A stretch of DNA of 55,074 nucleotides from Burkholderiales bacterium (GTDB lineage: Bacteria; Pseudomonadota; Gammaproteobacteria; Burkholderiales; Burkholderiaceae_D): contig CANJOT010000001.1 of NCBI GenBank assembly GCA_947475815.1, forward strand, positions 1 through 55,074, given 5' to 3'. Under the pieces are notes generated by a model. It did not search any database and was not told the origin of the DNA. It saw nothing but the letters and a program-made list of their open reading frames with translations. A program made the position numbers and the translations under genes. Numbering within the stretch: position 1 is the first letter of the stretch; each line of letters starts with the position of its first letter. Below, in pieces: positions 9,670 through 20,078 of this stretch.

Positions 9670-10677
9670 ATGACCCGTTCGTCCCTGATTCCCGTTACCG
9701 TGTTGACCGGCTTTCTTGGGGCCGGCAAGACCACTTTGCTCAATCGTATCCTGAGTGAGCAGCACGGTCACAAGATCGCCGTCATCGAAAATGAATTCGG
9801 CCCCGAAGGGGTCGACCACGAACTGCTCGTGCAGGATTACAACGAACAGATCGTGGAAATGAACAATGGATGCATCTGTTGCACCGTGCGTGGCGATCTG
9901 GCGCGCATTCTCAAGGAGTTGCGCGACAAGCAGGCCAGTGGCGCCCTTGATTTTGAACGCGTCATCATCGAAACCACCGGCATGGCCAATCCGGGGCCGG
10001 TGACCCAGACGTTTTTCATGGACGAGGCCGTCGCCGAGTCCTACCTGCTCGATGCGGTCATTACGGTAGTTGACGGTGTGCATGGCCCGCAGACGCTCGA
10101 TGAACAGGTCGAGGCCCAGAATCAGGTGGGTTTTGCCGACCGCATTCTGGTCTCCAAGACGGATCTGATCGATGCCGACGCTCTGGCTGCGTTGCGTGCC
10201 CGTCTGACCCGCATGAATCCGCGGGCCGGCATCAAGGGGGTAAATTTTGGCCAGACCGAGATTGCCGACATCCTCGACATTCGCGGCTTCAACCTCAATG
10301 CCATTCTCGACATCGCGCCCGAATTTCTCGATGGTGGTCACGATCATGACCATGATCATGAAGGCGCGCATGGCGACGCCATCGGCGCGTTCGTGTTCAA
10401 GGCGAGCCGGCCGTTTGAGGCCTTGCGGCTCGAGGAATTCCTGGACGCCATCGTTCAGGTGCATGGCAACGACCTGTTGCGCTACAAGGGCGTGTTGTGG
10501 GTCAACGAATCAGATCGGCGCGTTGTGTTTCAGGGCGTGCACATGATGATGGGCAGTGATTTGGGACGAAAATGGGAGTCCGGAGAGACCCGTTCGAGTA
10601 AAATGGTGTTCATTGGTCGCAATTTGCCGACGGCGACCATACTCGAAGGGCTGGAACGTTGCTTGATATCTGAATAA
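9670..10677 (+). CDS. COG0523 (CobW/ZigA/YeiR-type) G3E-family metallochaperone GTPase
   Basis: P-loop GFLGAGKTT, GCICCT (CxCC) metal motif, and His-rich stretch GGHDHDHDHEGAHGD. Confidence 0.85.
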   Translation: MTRSSLIPVTVLTGFLGAGKTTLLNRILSEQHGHKIAVIENEFGPEGVDHELLVQDYNEQIVEMNNGCICCTVRGDLARILKELRDKQASGALDFERVIIETTGMANPGPVTQTFFMDEAVAESYLLDAVITVVDGVHGPQTLDEQVEAQNQVGFADRILVSKTDLIDADALAALRARLTRMNPRAGIKGVNFGQTEIADILDIRGFNLNAILDIAPEFLDGGHDHDHDHEGAHGDAIGAFVFKASRPFEALRLEEFLDAIVQVHGNDLLRYKGVLWVNESDRRVVFQGVHMMMGSDLGRKWESGETRSSKMVFIGRNLPTATILEGLERCLISE

Positions 10678-10691
10678 TTCTAGAGGAAATC

Positions 10692-11270
10692 ATGGGAGCA
10701 GTGAAAGCCGCGGAAACCAAGTCAAGTGCCCGCAAGACGGGGCCCAAAACATCGGCGAAGGTCGCCGTAAAGAGTGTGGAAAAAAGTATGGAAATGCCCC
10801 AAGTTGCAAAAGCCAAGTCCAATACCAAGCCCAATGCCAAGTCCGCTGCCCGGGTCGCCCCGCGCCTGCCGACCGAGGCAGAGGTGATCAGTTCGGGTGA
10901 GGCGGAATACATGAACGAGGCGCAGCGCGCGTTTTTCCGCGATCGCCTGCAGACCATGGAACGGGACATTCTGCGCAATGCCGGGGAGACCACCGAGCAT
11001 CTGCGTGAAACCACCGTCGTTCCGGATCCGGCCGACCGCGCCACCATTGAGGAAGAGCACGCCATCGAACTGCGCACCCGCGACAGGGAGCGCAAACTGC
11101 TCAAGAAAATCCAGCAGTCGATCGTACGGATTGATTCGGGCGATTATGGCTACTGTGAAGAAACGGGGGAGCCGATCGGCGTGCTTCGCCTGCTGGCGCG
11201 ACCGACGGCAACGCTGGCGCTCGAAGCCCAGGAACGCCGTGAAATGAAGCAAAAATTGTACGGCGACTGA
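10692..11270 (+). CDS. dksA: DksA-family RNA polymerase-binding regulator with a Lys/Ala-rich N-terminal extension and only one of the four zinc-finger Cys
   Basis: EYMNEAQRAFFRDRL, DPADRATIEEEHAIELRTRDRERKLL and YGYCEETGEPIG..ARPTATLALEAQ align with E. coli DksA as I recall it. GAGGA RBS at 10683-10687. Confidence 0.8.
   Translation: MGAVKAAETKSSARKTGPKTSAKVAVKSVEKSMEMPQVAKAKSNTKPNAKSAARVAPRLPTEAEVISSGEAEYMNEAQRAFFRDRLQTMERDILRNAGETTEHLRETTVVPDPADRATIEEEHAIELRTRDRERKLLKKIQQSIVRIDSGDYGYCEETGEPIGVLRLLARPTATLALEAQERREMKQKLYGD
10812..10847 (+). repeat. Three imperfect 12-nt tandem units (GCCAAGTCCAAT / ACCAAGCCCAAT / GCCAAGTCCGCT) encoding AKSN-TKPN-AKSA within the DksA N-terminal extension
   Basis: Read directly from the sequence. 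The units are in frame with the CDS. Confidence 0.6.
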
Positions 11271-11414
11271 TTGCAGGCGTCGAAACGGACTTGCGGACCT
11301 CAGCCGGGTGTTGCAGCATTCGTACCACATGCTAGACTAATCCGGTGGTTGAAAGTTCGACCAAGGGTCGGGTGCCGCCACCCGAATTGTGTTGTTGCAA
11401 AACGACGGTGATCA

Positions 11415-12965
11415 TTGGGAGCAAGAGCGAGCGTGGTATTTTCAGCGCTATTTGGCAAGAAGCGGGACCGACAGGAGCCTTCCGAGCCTGGCTCAACCAC
11501 GCCGGCCGCGACCGCTCCCCAGACGGAACCTTCGTTAGTCGAAGGGCGTCCGGCCACGTCCGTCGCATCTGCCGCCACGTCAGCACCCACACCGGAGCCT
11601 GTTGCGTCGGGCGCGGTGGCGAGCGGGTTGCCCAGTGCTCGTGATGTCGCCCGTGCCACGGCCGAAAAGATAGACCGCATCGAATCAGAAATGGCACTGG
11701 ATTTCCCGACCGGCAACGCACCTGCTCCTGCTGTTCCGCCCGTTCAGGCCAGTACATCGCTACAGCAGCCGACCTTGCCCCCCACCCCGCCGGCATCGGA
11801 TTCGAGCGTGTCCAAATCGCCGTCCCGAAAGCGCCGGCCCGAAGGCACGGCGTCGACCGTGCCCTCTTTGGGGCAGTCGACCGATATTCTGTTGGGGGAT
11901 TCCATTCTGGCCAATGCGCTGGAATTGTCCGATTCCGCATCCAATCCGGCTATTGAAGAAGCGGCCATTCTGTATGCCAATGGTCAGGCCTTGCCGGCCG
12001 CCGCTGCGTTGCAGGACGCCATACGCAATGACGCGGCCGGCCACCATGCCGCCGCGACGCAGGCCTGGCTGATGTTGTTCGAGTTGCTGCAGGTTCTCGA
12101 CAAGCGGGCCGAGTTTGAAAACCTCGCGATTGATTATGCAGTGCGTTTTGAAACGTCCGCACCGGCCTGGTTGAATCTCGCTGTCGCCGACACGGCCGCG
12201 CCGGCCGCATCGACTACCCCGGCCGATCGCGCCGTGGTCACGTTCACCGGTGTATTGAACGGCGGCATCTTGCCACTGCTCGACCAGCTCAAGCGCCTGG
12301 CGCAAAAGAATCCCGTCCTCTGGCTCGAGTTTGATAAATTGACGGCGGTCGACGCCCCCGGCGCCGACCTGATGTTGCGGGTGTTTACCGCTTTCCAGAA
12401 ATCAAACCATGAGGTGGTTCTGTCGGGCTGTGCGCACTTGTCCAGTTTGTGCCAAAAGGCGGTTGAAGTCGGTCGGCACGACACTTCAACGTCCATCTGG
12501 ATGCTGCTGCTTGAAACCTATCGTCTGCTCAATCGTCGTGCCGCCTTTGAAGAGGCAGGCATTGATTATTGTGTCACCTATGAGGTTTCACCGCCCTCGT
12601 GGGAGCCGCCGTCGCGACGTTTTCGTGTCGAGGACGGCCACGCCGAGGCCTCGGTGGTCGTGGGCGTCGAGGCCGAGTCGCTTGACCCGGATGTCATCGC
12701 CCTGCGTGGCGACCTGATCGGCAAACTTGAATCCGAATTGCAGCGCCTGAACAATTTTTCCTCGGTGCACGAGCATATCTGTGTCGATTGCTCCCGTCTG
12801 CGCCGGGTCGATTTCACCGCGGCTGGCGCCCTGCTCAACTGGGCCGTCAGCATGCAGGTGGCGGGCAGTCCGGTGCGCTTTGTCGAGGTCGGACATCTCA
12901 TTGCCGCGCTGTTCGTGGTCATGGGTCTGCATGAAGTGGCGCAGATCGAACGCAAGACGGCCTGA
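11415..12965 (+). CDS. Hypothetical protein: Pro/Ala/Ser-rich N-terminal half plus a duplicated (helical + STAS-like) C-terminal module
   Basis: Long ORF with coding-like composition. Internal repeat (aa 216-252 vs 360-396), each copy followed by an anti-sigma-antagonist (STAS)-like segment. Start uncertain (TTG 11415 or GTG 11433). Confidence 0.6.
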   Translation: MGARASVVFSALFGKKRDRQEPSEPGSTTPAATAPQTEPSLVEGRPATSVASAATSAPTPEPVASGAVASGLPSARDVARATAEKIDRIESEMALDFPTGNAPAPAVPPVQASTSLQQPTLPPTPPASDSSVSKSPSRKRRPEGTASTVPSLGQSTDILLGDSILANALELSDSASNPAIEEAAILYANGQALPAAAALQDAIRNDAAGHHAAATQAWLMLFELLQVLDKRAEFENLAIDYAVRFETSAPAWLNLAVADTAAPAASTTPADRAVVTFTGVLNGGILPLLDQLKRLAQKNPVLWLEFDKLTAVDAPGADLMLRVFTAFQKSNHEVVLSGCAHLSSLCQKAVEVGRHDTSTSIWMLLLETYRLLNRRAAFEEAGIDYCVTYEVSPPSWEPPSRRFRVEDGHAEASVVVGVEAESLDPDVIALRGDLIGKLESELQRLNNFSSVHEHICVDCSRLRRVDFTAAGALLNWAVSMQVAGSPVRFVEVGHLIAALFVVMGLHEVAQIERKTA

Positions 12966-13113
12966 ACCTCTCCCCGCCGTTCCCCTCCCCCGTTTTCACG
13001 GCTGCCTAGAGCGCCGGCCGGTTCACTGCCCCGATGTGGTGACGGTGTGTTGTGCATGGCTTGAATTTCACCGATCGGCCCTCAACTCCCATGCTCTAGC
13101 GAAGGAGCGGGGC

Positions 13114-13647
13114 ATGGAACAATTTCACGGCACGACCATCGTCACCGCACGGCGCGGCAATTCGGTAGCGCTGGGCGGCGACGGACAGGTGACGCTGGGC
13201 AACATCGTCATCAAAAGCAGTGCACGCAAGGTGCGGCGCATGTATCAGGACCGTATCCTGGCCGGCTTTGCCGGCGGCACGGCCGATGCGTTCACCCTGT
13301 TCGAGCGGTTTGAGGGCAAGCTGGAAAAGCATCAGGGCAACCTGTTGCGCTCGGCCGTCGAACTGGCCAAGGACTGGCGTACCGACCGTATCCTGCGTCG
13401 CCTCGAGGCCATGCTGCTCGTCGCCGACTGCGACAACACCCTCATCATCACCGGCACCGGCGATGTACTGGAGCCGGAGTACGGCATCGGCGCGATCGGC
13501 TCAGGCGGCGCCTATGCTCAGGCAGCGGCCCGTGCCCTGCTGGAAAACACCGAACTGACGCCGGCCGAGATCGTCAAGAAATCCCTGGTGGTTGCCGGCG
13601 ACCTGTGCATTTATACCAACCAGTCGCACATCATCGAAGTGCTCTGA
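13114..13647 (+). CDS. hslV: ATP-dependent protease subunit HslV
   Basis: [28 protein letters not shown]-terminus with catalytic Thr. GAAGGAG RBS at 13101-13107. Confidence 0.95.
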   Translation: MEQFHGTTIVTARRGNSVALGGDGQVTLGNIVIKSSARKVRRMYQDRILAGFAGGTADAFTLFERFEGKLEKHQGNLLRSAVELAKDWRTDRILRRLEAMLLVADCDNTLIITGTGDVLEPEYGIGAIGSGGAYAQAAARALLENTELTPAEIVKKSLVVAGDLCIYTNQSHIIEVL

Positions 13648-13657
13648 GCCCACCATC

Positions 13658-14980
13658 ATGACTCCTGCAGACATCGTTTCAGAACTGAACAAGCACATCG
13701 TTGGCCAGGACAAGGCCAAGCGCGCGGTGGCGGTGGCCTTGCGCAACCGCTGGCGCCGCCAGCGGGTCGCCGAGCCGCTGCGTCACGAAATCACGCCCAA
13801 GAACATCCTCATGATCGGGCCGACGGGCGTTGGCAAGACCGAGATCGCACGGCGTCTGGCGCGTCTGGCCGATGCGCCCTTCATCAAGATCGAGGCCACC
13901 AAATTTACCGAAGTCGGCTATGTCGGCCGCGATGTCGATACCATCATCCGTGACCTGATTGAATCGGCCGTCAAGGAAACGCGCGAGGCCGAGATGAAGA
14001 AGGTGCGCGCTCAGGCGCACGATGCCGCCGAGGAACGCGTGCTTGATGCGCTCTTGCCGCCGCCGCGCGACTCGGGTTTCACGGCTCCCGCCAATGGCGA
14101 GGAAAACAGCACGCGCCAGAAATTCCGCAAGAAGCTGCGCGAAGGCGAGCTCGACGACAAAGAAATTGAACTCGAGACCTCCGCGCTGTCGCCGCAACTC
14201 GAAATCATGGCGCCGCCGGGCATGGAAGAAATGTCCGAGCAGATCCGCAACATGTTTTCCAACATCGGCGGCGGCAAGAAGAAAATGCGCAAGCTCAAGG
14301 TGCGCGAAGCGCTCAAGCTGCTCACCGAAGAAGAGGCCGCCAAGATGCTCAACGACGAAGAGCTCAAGTTGCGCGCCGTGCGCAATGTCGAGCAGAACGG
14401 CATCGTTTTTCTCGACGAAATCGACAAGATCGCCTCGCGTCAGGAATACGGCGGCGCTGACGTGTCGCGTCAGGGCGTGCAGCGCGACCTGCTGCCGCTG
14501 GTCGAGGGCACGACGGTGAGTACCAAGTACGGCATGATCAAGACCGATCACATCCTGTTCATTGCCTCGGGTGCTTTTCACCTGTCCAAGCCGAGCGATC
14601 TGATTCCCGAACTGCAGGGCCGTTTTCCGATCCGTGTCGAGCTTGATTCTCTGTCCGTCAACGATTTCGTGCAGATCCTCACCAGTACCGATGCCGCCCT
14701 CACCAAGCAGTATCTGGCGCTGATGGAGACCGAAGGGGTCAAGCTTGACTTCGCCGCCGATGGCATCCAGCGCCTTGCGGAGATTGCTTTTTCGGTCAAT
14801 GAACGAACCGAGAACATCGGCGCGCGCCGGCTCTATACCGTGATGGAGCGGCTGCTCGAGGACCTATCGTTCTCGGCCACCGAGTTTGCCGGCAGTGAAG
14901 TGCGTGTCGATGCGGCGTATGTGAATGACCGGCTCGGTGAGATCGCCAAGAGCGAGGATCTGTCGCGCTACGTGCTTTAA
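13658..14980 (+). CDS. hslU: ATP-dependent protease ATPase subunit HslU
   Basis: [29 protein letters not shown] and Walker [16 protein letters not shown]. Lies 10 nt after hslV. Confidence 0.95.
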   Translation: MTPADIVSELNKHIVGQDKAKRAVAVALRNRWRRQRVAEPLRHEITPKNILMIGPTGVGKTEIARRLARLADAPFIKIEATKFTEVGYVGRDVDTIIRDLIESAVKETREAEMKKVRAQAHDAAEERVLDALLPPPRDSGFTAPANGEENSTRQKFRKKLREGELDDKEIELETSALSPQLEIMAPPGMEEMSEQIRNMFSNIGGGKKKMRKLKVREALKLLTEEEAAKMLNDEELKLRAVRNVEQNGIVFLDEIDKIASRQEYGGADVSRQGVQRDLLPLVEGTTVSTKYGMIKTDHILFIASGAFHLSKPSDLIPELQGRFPIRVELDSLSVNDFVQILTSTDAALTKQYLALMETEGVKLDFAADGIQRLAEIAFSVNERTENIGARRLYTVMERLLEDLSFSATEFAGSEVRVDAAYVNDRLGEIAKSEDLSRYVL

Positions 14981-15008
14981 CAGCCAGACTGCGCGCCCGG
15001 GCGGTTTG

Positions 15009-15779
15009 TCAGTGCGGGCCGCCCTGTCGGGGTTTGTGCTGGGCACGGGCGAAGGCCAGGTCATAGAGCCAGTTGGGCAGCCCGCGCAGCAGTCGTGCCA
15101 CCACGCCCATCTGCCATGGGATCACGGCCTGACTGACGCCCCGGTCGATGGCCTGTGCGGCGCGCCGGGCAAACGCGTCGGCCGGCATCAGGAAGGGCAT
15201 CGGATAGGGGTTGATGGCCGTCATGGGCGTGTCGATGAAACCCGGCGCCAGCGTCACCACGCGCACGCCGCTGCCGCGCAATTCGACCCGCAGACTCTCG
15301 CAGTAACTGATGACCGCCGCCTTGGAGGCGCTGTAGGCGCCTGAACCGGGCAGGCCACGTACGCCGGCGACGCTGGCCAGGCCCACCAGACATGGCCGAA
15401 ACCCGCGCTCGGCCAGCGCGGCATCGCGCATTGGCGTGATGAAAGGCTGGAAGGTCGCCACCATGGCCAGCAGGTTGGTCTGAATGACGCGTTCGAACAC
15501 GGCATGGTCTTCAAGGTGTTCGGTCAGGGTGCCCACCGAAATGCCGGCGCTCGCGATGACAATGTCGGGCACGCCGGCGGCCAGCAGGAAATCGAGTGCC
15601 GCCGCGCGCAATGCCGGGCCGTCGTTGACGTCAAGTGGGTAGGACAATACGCGCGCTGCGCCAGCCAAAGGCTGTTCGCCCGCGCCGCGCCGCGCCACCA
15701 GACCAAGAATTGCACCACCCTGAGCATAGTGTTGTGCCAGCGCCGCGCCAATTCCGCTCGAGGCGCCGGTAATGAACAC
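15009..15779 (-). CDS. SDR family oxidoreductase
   Basis: ITGASSGIGAA and YSASKAAV (YxxxK). GTG start. Lies directly downstream of dsbA. Confidence 0.8.
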   Translation of the reverse strand: MFITGASSGIGAALAQHYAQGGAILGLVARRGAGEQPLAGAARVLSYPLDVNDGPALRAAALDFLLAAGVPDIVIASAGISVGTLTEHLEDHAVFERVIQTNLLAMVATFQPFITPMRDAALAERGFRPCLVGLASVAGVRGLPGSGAYSASKAAVISYCESLRVELRGSGVRVVTLAPGFIDTPMTAINPYPMPFLMPADAFARRAAQAIDRGVSQAVIPWQMGVVARLLRGLPNWLYDLAFARAQHKPRQGGPH

Positions 15780-15823
15780 CCGCGCCGGGCGCGGGTTGTT
15801 GTTGACGGCTTGCAGGGCAGGGC

Positions 15824-16468
15824 TTATTTCTTGGCCGTACCCATGCGTTCGCGCGCCACCAGATAATCGAGCACGGCCAGCGTGTTGGGTGCGTTCGGAA
15901 TGGTGTATTTGCCGTTGACGGCCATCATGGGCACGCCATCCACACCGAAGCCTTCCGCCAGTTGCGACGCGCGGCGCGTCTTGGACTGCACCGTGAACGA
16001 GTTGTAGGTGTCGATGAACTTTTTGCGGTCGATACCGTTGCGTGCGACAAAATCGGCCTGCATCTCTTCCTTGTTGAGCGGGTTGCGCTCGACATGGATG
16101 GCGGCGAACACCTTGGCGCGCAGATCCGCTTCCTTGCCCAGGGCATCAAGCGCGTAATACAGACGCTGATGCGGCACGAGGGAATCGTTGAAGGCGGCGG
16201 GGACATGGCGCACCACCACGTCGGCGGCCTGCTTCTTGATCCAGTCGTTCAGGCTGGGTTCGAAGGTATTGCAGTGCGGACAGCCGTACCAGAAAAATTC
16301 GATCACTTCGATCTTGCCAGCGGGTGTTTCGACGGCCTGTGCCGGCTTGACCAGCCGGTAGTCCTTGCCTTCGACGAATGACACTTTTTGCGCCAGCGCC
16401 ACCGAGGTCAGCGAAATCAGGAAAATACCCAGGAGGTTCCGGGCAAATGAGGCTAGACGAAGGCTCAT
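15824..16468 (-). CDS. dsbA: Thiol:disulfide interchange protein DsbA
   Basis: Signal peptide MSLRLASFARNLLGIFLISLTSVALAQ and FWYGCPHC active site. The internal ATG at 16468 was chosen over the 254-aa ORF-track frame. Confidence 0.9.
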   Translation of the reverse strand: MSLRLASFARNLLGIFLISLTSVALAQKVSFVEGKDYRLVKPAQAVETPAGKIEVIEFFWYGCPHCNTFEPSLNDWIKKQAADVVVRHVPAAFNDSLVPHQRLYYALDALGKEADLRAKVFAAIHVERNPLNKEEMQADFVARNGIDRKKFIDTYNSFTVQSKTRRASQLAEGFGVDGVPMMAVNGKYTIPNAPNTLAVLDYLVARERMGTAKK

Positions 16469-16584
16469 GATGGGTCCGATCGGGATGTGATTTTGAAAAC
16501 GAAGGATAAATTGGCTGACGACAGATTGTCGTACACGGGCCCTTGGAGCACGCCTGCCGGCACAAGTTCCAGAGGGTAGTTCGT

Positions 16585-17181
16585 TCATTTTCCGACCGGT
16601 ACCACCACCGGTTGAATACCATTTTCGGTCAGGCGCTGGCGTGCCCGGTTAATGTCGTCTGCGCGGGCATAGGGGCCGATGCGTACGCGAAACAGGCCAC
16701 CCCCGTCGCGGTCGGTGATCGATACGCGCGCTTCAAAGCCGAGCAGGGCCAGCTTGGCCTTCATGTTTTCGGCATCATCTGCGGACTTGAAGGCGCCGGC
16801 CTGCAGAAAGGACTGTCTGATTTCAGTCTCATTGGGCACCCCGGTCGATTTTTCGACCACCGCGGCACCGCCCCGGTTGTCGACAGATTCCGCCGGCCTG
16901 ACGGTGGGCGTCGCGCCTGCCGGCAAGGTCGGGTCGGGCGCATCGGCCAGCTTGTTGTTTTCTTTGGGGTAGAGCGGCTTGTTGGGATCGGGCAACTTGC
17001 TGGCGTCGGGCAGATTTTCCAGTGGCGCGGGCGCCCGGCCCACCTTGTTGACAAAGGGAATCGGCGCGCGTGTCACGAACAGGGCGACCGCGACGGCAAT
17101 GGCCAGTCCGAGCACCAGCCCGATGACAAAACCAACGAAGGTTCCGCCATGCTGGCGCAACGGGAGAAGAAAGGCACTCAT
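16585..17181 (-). CDS. SPOR domain-containing membrane protein (cell-division/peptidoglycan-binding)
   Basis: N-terminal TM helix, Pro-rich linker, and C-terminal SPOR pattern FLQAGAFKSADDAENMKAKLALLGFEARV...FRVRIGPY. Confidence 0.8.
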   Translation of the reverse strand: MSAFLLPLRQHGGTFVGFVIGLVLGLAIAVAVALFVTRAPIPFVNKVGRAPAPLENLPDASKLPDPNKPLYPKENNKLADAPDPTLPAGATPTVRPAESVDNRGGAAVVEKSTGVPNETEIRQSFLQAGAFKSADDAENMKAKLALLGFEARVSITDRDGGGLFRVRIGPYARADDINRARQRLTENGIQPVVVPVGK

Positions 17182-17223
17182 GTTCTGCGACGGCTCCTGC
17201 AGGTTCTATCCACGGTGATTAGC

Positions 17224-18933
17224 TTACATTTTTTCAGGCGCTGATACACCGATCAGAGCCAGGCCGTTGCGCAATACCTGACGGGTTGCCACCATCAAGG
17301 CCAGGCGCGCGCGCTTGACGGCCTCATCGTCGACCAGTACACGTTCAGCATTGTAATAGCTGTGCAGGTCGGCGGCGCAATCTTTCAGGTAGAAGGCCAG
17401 TTGATGGGGCGCCAGATCGGCAGCGGCCTGAGCCAGCATGCCGGGGTAGCCCCCCAGACGGGCCAGCAGGGCAAGTTCGCGGCTTGATGCGAGCTGGCTC
17501 AGATCGGCGTCACGCAGGCCGGCGATCTTTTCCTCCAGCGGCCCGCCTTCGCGTTCGATCCACTGATTGAGCACCGAACAGATGCGCGCATGCGCATACT
17601 GGACGTAATACACCGGGTTTTCTTCGGATTGCGACAACGCCAGATCGACATCGAAGGTGAATTCGGTATCGGCCTTGCGGCTGATCAGGAAAAACCGCAC
17701 GGCGTCGCGACCGACCCAGTCGATCAGATCGCGCACCGTCACATAGGAGCCGGCGCGCTTGGAGATCTTCACTTCGACGCCACCACGCAGCACGCGGACC
17801 ATCTTGTGCAGCACATAGCCCGGATACCCGGCCGGAATGCCGACATTGGCCGCCTGCAGACCGGCGCGCACCCGCGCCACGGTGCCATGGTGATCGCTGC
17901 CCTGCACGTTGATGACTTTCTCGTAACCACGCTGCCACTTGGTAATGTGATAGGCGACGTCAGGCACGAAATAGGTGTAGCTGCCATCCGACTTGCGCAT
18001 GACGCGGTCTTTGTCATCGCCGTAATCGGTACTGCGCAGCCACAAGGCGCCGTCTGCCTCGTAGGTTTTGCCGGCGCCGATCAGTGCGGTCACGGCAGCG
18101 GCGACCTTGCCTTCGCTGTAGAGCGACGATTCCAGATAGTAGTTGTCAAAACGCACGCCAAAAGCCTGCAGGTCCAGGTCCTGCTCGTGACGCAGATAGG
18201 CGACGGCGAATTCGCGGATGGCATTCAGGTCGGTGATGTCGCCCGAGGCGCTGAAGCTGCGGTCGTCGGCGCTGACGGTTTTTTGGGCGAGAAAATCGCT
18301 GGCGATGTCGGCAATATAGGTGCCGTTGTAGGCCGCTTCGGGCCAGTTGGCGTCACCCGGCTGTTTACCTTGCAGGCGCGCCTGGACCGACAGGGCGAGA
18401 TTGGCAATTTGCACGCCGGCATCGTTGTAATAAAACTCGCGCGTGACCTGCCAGCCCTGCGCTTCATGCAGGGCGGCAAGTGCGTCGCCGAGGGCGGCCT
18501 GGCGACCATGACCGACGTGCAGCGGCCCGGTCGGGTTGGCCGAGACGAATTCAATCATCATCTTGTGGCCCGCGCCGTGGGGTGAGCGGCCAAACGTCGC
18601 GCCCTGTTCGAGGATGGTGTTGACCACACCCTGTTGTGCACCGGCGGCAATGCGCAGATTGATGAACCCGGGCCCGGCGATTTCGGCCGAGGCGATCAGG
18701 CCGGCTGCGGCCGGATTGGCCAGCAGATGTTCGATGATGGCCGTGGCGATGTCGCGCGGATTGCGGCGGAGCGGTTTGGCAATCTGCATGGCGACATTGC
18801 AGGCCAGATCGCCATGTTCGGCGATCTTGGGCCGCTCAAGCGCGATGGCCGGCGTCAGGCCGGAGCCGGCAATGAGGGGCTCTACGGCGGCGCCGATCAG
18901 GGTGGCGATGTGCTGGATATGTTCAGGAAGCAT
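17224..18933 (-). CDS. argS: Arginine--tRNA ligase
   Basis: [14 protein letters not shown] class-I signature and [27 protein letters not shown]. Start at the internal ATG at 18933. Confidence 0.95.
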   Translation of the reverse strand: MLPEHIQHIATLIGAAVEPLIAGSGLTPAIALERPKIAEHGDLACNVAMQIAKPLRRNPRDIATAIIEHLLANPAAAGLIASAEIAGPGFINLRIAAGAQQGVVNTILEQGATFGRSPHGAGHKMMIEFVSANPTGPLHVGHGRQAALGDALAALHEAQGWQVTREFYYNDAGVQIANLALSVQARLQGKQPGDANWPEAAYNGTYIADIASDFLAQKTVSADDRSFSASGDITDLNAIREFAVAYLRHEQDLDLQAFGVRFDNYYLESSLYSEGKVAAAVTALIGAGKTYEADGALWLRSTDYGDDKDRVMRKSDGSYTYFVPDVAYHITKWQRGYEKVINVQGSDHHGTVARVRAGLQAANVGIPAGYPGYVLHKMVRVLRGGVEVKISKRAGSYVTVRDLIDWVGRDAVRFFLISRKADTEFTFDVDLALSQSEENPVYYVQYAHARICSVLNQWIEREGGPLEEKIAGLRDADLSQLASSRELALLARLGGYPGMLAQAAADLAPHQLAFYLKDCAADLHSYYNAERVLVDDEAVKRARLALMVATRQVLRNGLALIGVSAPEKM

Positions 18934-19056
18934 GAAAGGTCCACGCCGCCAGAGGATGGGGCGCATCAGGAAATACGGGCAAAAAACAGGCAAAAGACTG
19001 CCAAGGATCGGCAATTATAGCGGCGTGGCGTGCGCCCGGGCAGCGGCCGGCGCGAT

Positions 19057-20061
19057 TCAGGGTTTTTTTGCCCGTGGATGGGCGCTATCGTAGACCGCCG
19101 CCAGACGCTGGAAGTCGAGGCTGGTATAGACTTGGGTTGAACTGATGCTGCTGTGGCCCAGTAGTTCCTGCACGGCGCGCAGGTCGCCGCTCGATTGCAG
19201 CACATGCGAGGCAAACGAGTGGCGCAGCACGTGTGGGTGGACGTTGGCCGGAATGCCCAGCAGCCGGGCCTGGGCTTTCAGACGGGTCTGGATCACCGAG
19301 GCGGAAATGCGTGCGCCGCGCCTGCCGATGAACAGGGCGCGCGCGCCTTCTGCAAGCTCGGGCCGCAGCCAGCGCTCGCGCAAGACCAGCCAGGCGCGCA
19401 GGGCGTCCAGCGCAGCCTGCCCAACCGGCACATGTCGTTGTTTGCCACCCTTGCCGGTCACCGCCACTTCCGCGCCGGCAAGATCTAGCCAGCCCGCCGG
19501 ACGATAGGCGGCGCCACTGGTCCACGCCACATCCAGCCCGATCAGCTCGGAGAGACGCAAGCCGGATGAATAGAACAGCTCCCGGATGGCGGCATCACGC
19601 GCCTCGGCGACCTGTTCATCGGGATCGTCGCTGCTGCCGCGCGCGGCCACGAGGGCTACCGCCTGCTCCACCGGCAGGGCCTTGGGCAGCCGCTTGCCGC
19701 TGCGTGGCGCACGCACGTCGAGGACGGGATTGGCAGCGCACTGGTCCTGCAGGGTGAGCCAGTGATAAAAGGTGCGCCAGGCACTCAGGGCGCGGGCGAT
19801 GGAGCGGCCTGACAGGCCGCGGCCGTGCAGCTGCGCGGCGTAGCGGCGGATCTGCACATTGTTGACGACGGTCAGGTCGGCTGCCGCGCGGCTGCCCGCG
19901 TCCGGCGCCCGGACCAGCGCGGCCAGGGTCAACAACTCGCGCCGGTAACTGGTGACGGTGTGCATCGACAGCTTGCGCTCCACCTCCAGCACACGCAGGT
20001 AACGCTCAATGAGCGTGCGGTCCTCCGCCCTGACCGCATCCGGCGTGACGCTGGGCGGCAT
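19057..20061 (-). CDS. xerC: Tyrosine recombinase XerC
   Basis: HVLRHSFASHVL and LLGHSSISSTQVYT catalytic region. Sits in the conserved dapF-DUF484-xerC context. The N-terminal part of the ORF-track frame is rejected. Confidence 0.9.
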   Translation of the reverse strand: MPPSVTPDAVRAEDRTLIERYLRVLEVERKLSMHTVTSYRRELLTLAALVRAPDAGSRAAADLTVVNNVQIRRYAAQLHGRGLSGRSIARALSAWRTFYHWLTLQDQCAANPVLDVRAPRSGKRLPKALPVEQAVALVAARGSSDDPDEQVAEARDAAIRELFYSSGLRLSELIGLDVAWTSGAAYRPAGWLDLAGAEVAVTGKGGKQRHVPVGQAALDALRAWLVLRERWLRPELAEGARALFIGRRGARISASVIQTRLKAQARLLGIPANVHPHVLRHSFASHVLQSSGDLRAVQELLGHSSISSTQVYTSLDFQRLAAVYDSAHPRAKKP

Positions 20062-20078
20062 GGCGTCGGGCCCGCAGC

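Noticed and set aside
13060-13100. Possible sigma32 heat-shock promoter upstream of hslVU (CTTGAA at 13060-13065).
   Set aside because: No CCCCATNT-like -10 lies at the required 13-15-nt spacing. The best CCCAT lies about 21 nt away. It stays an untested possibility only.
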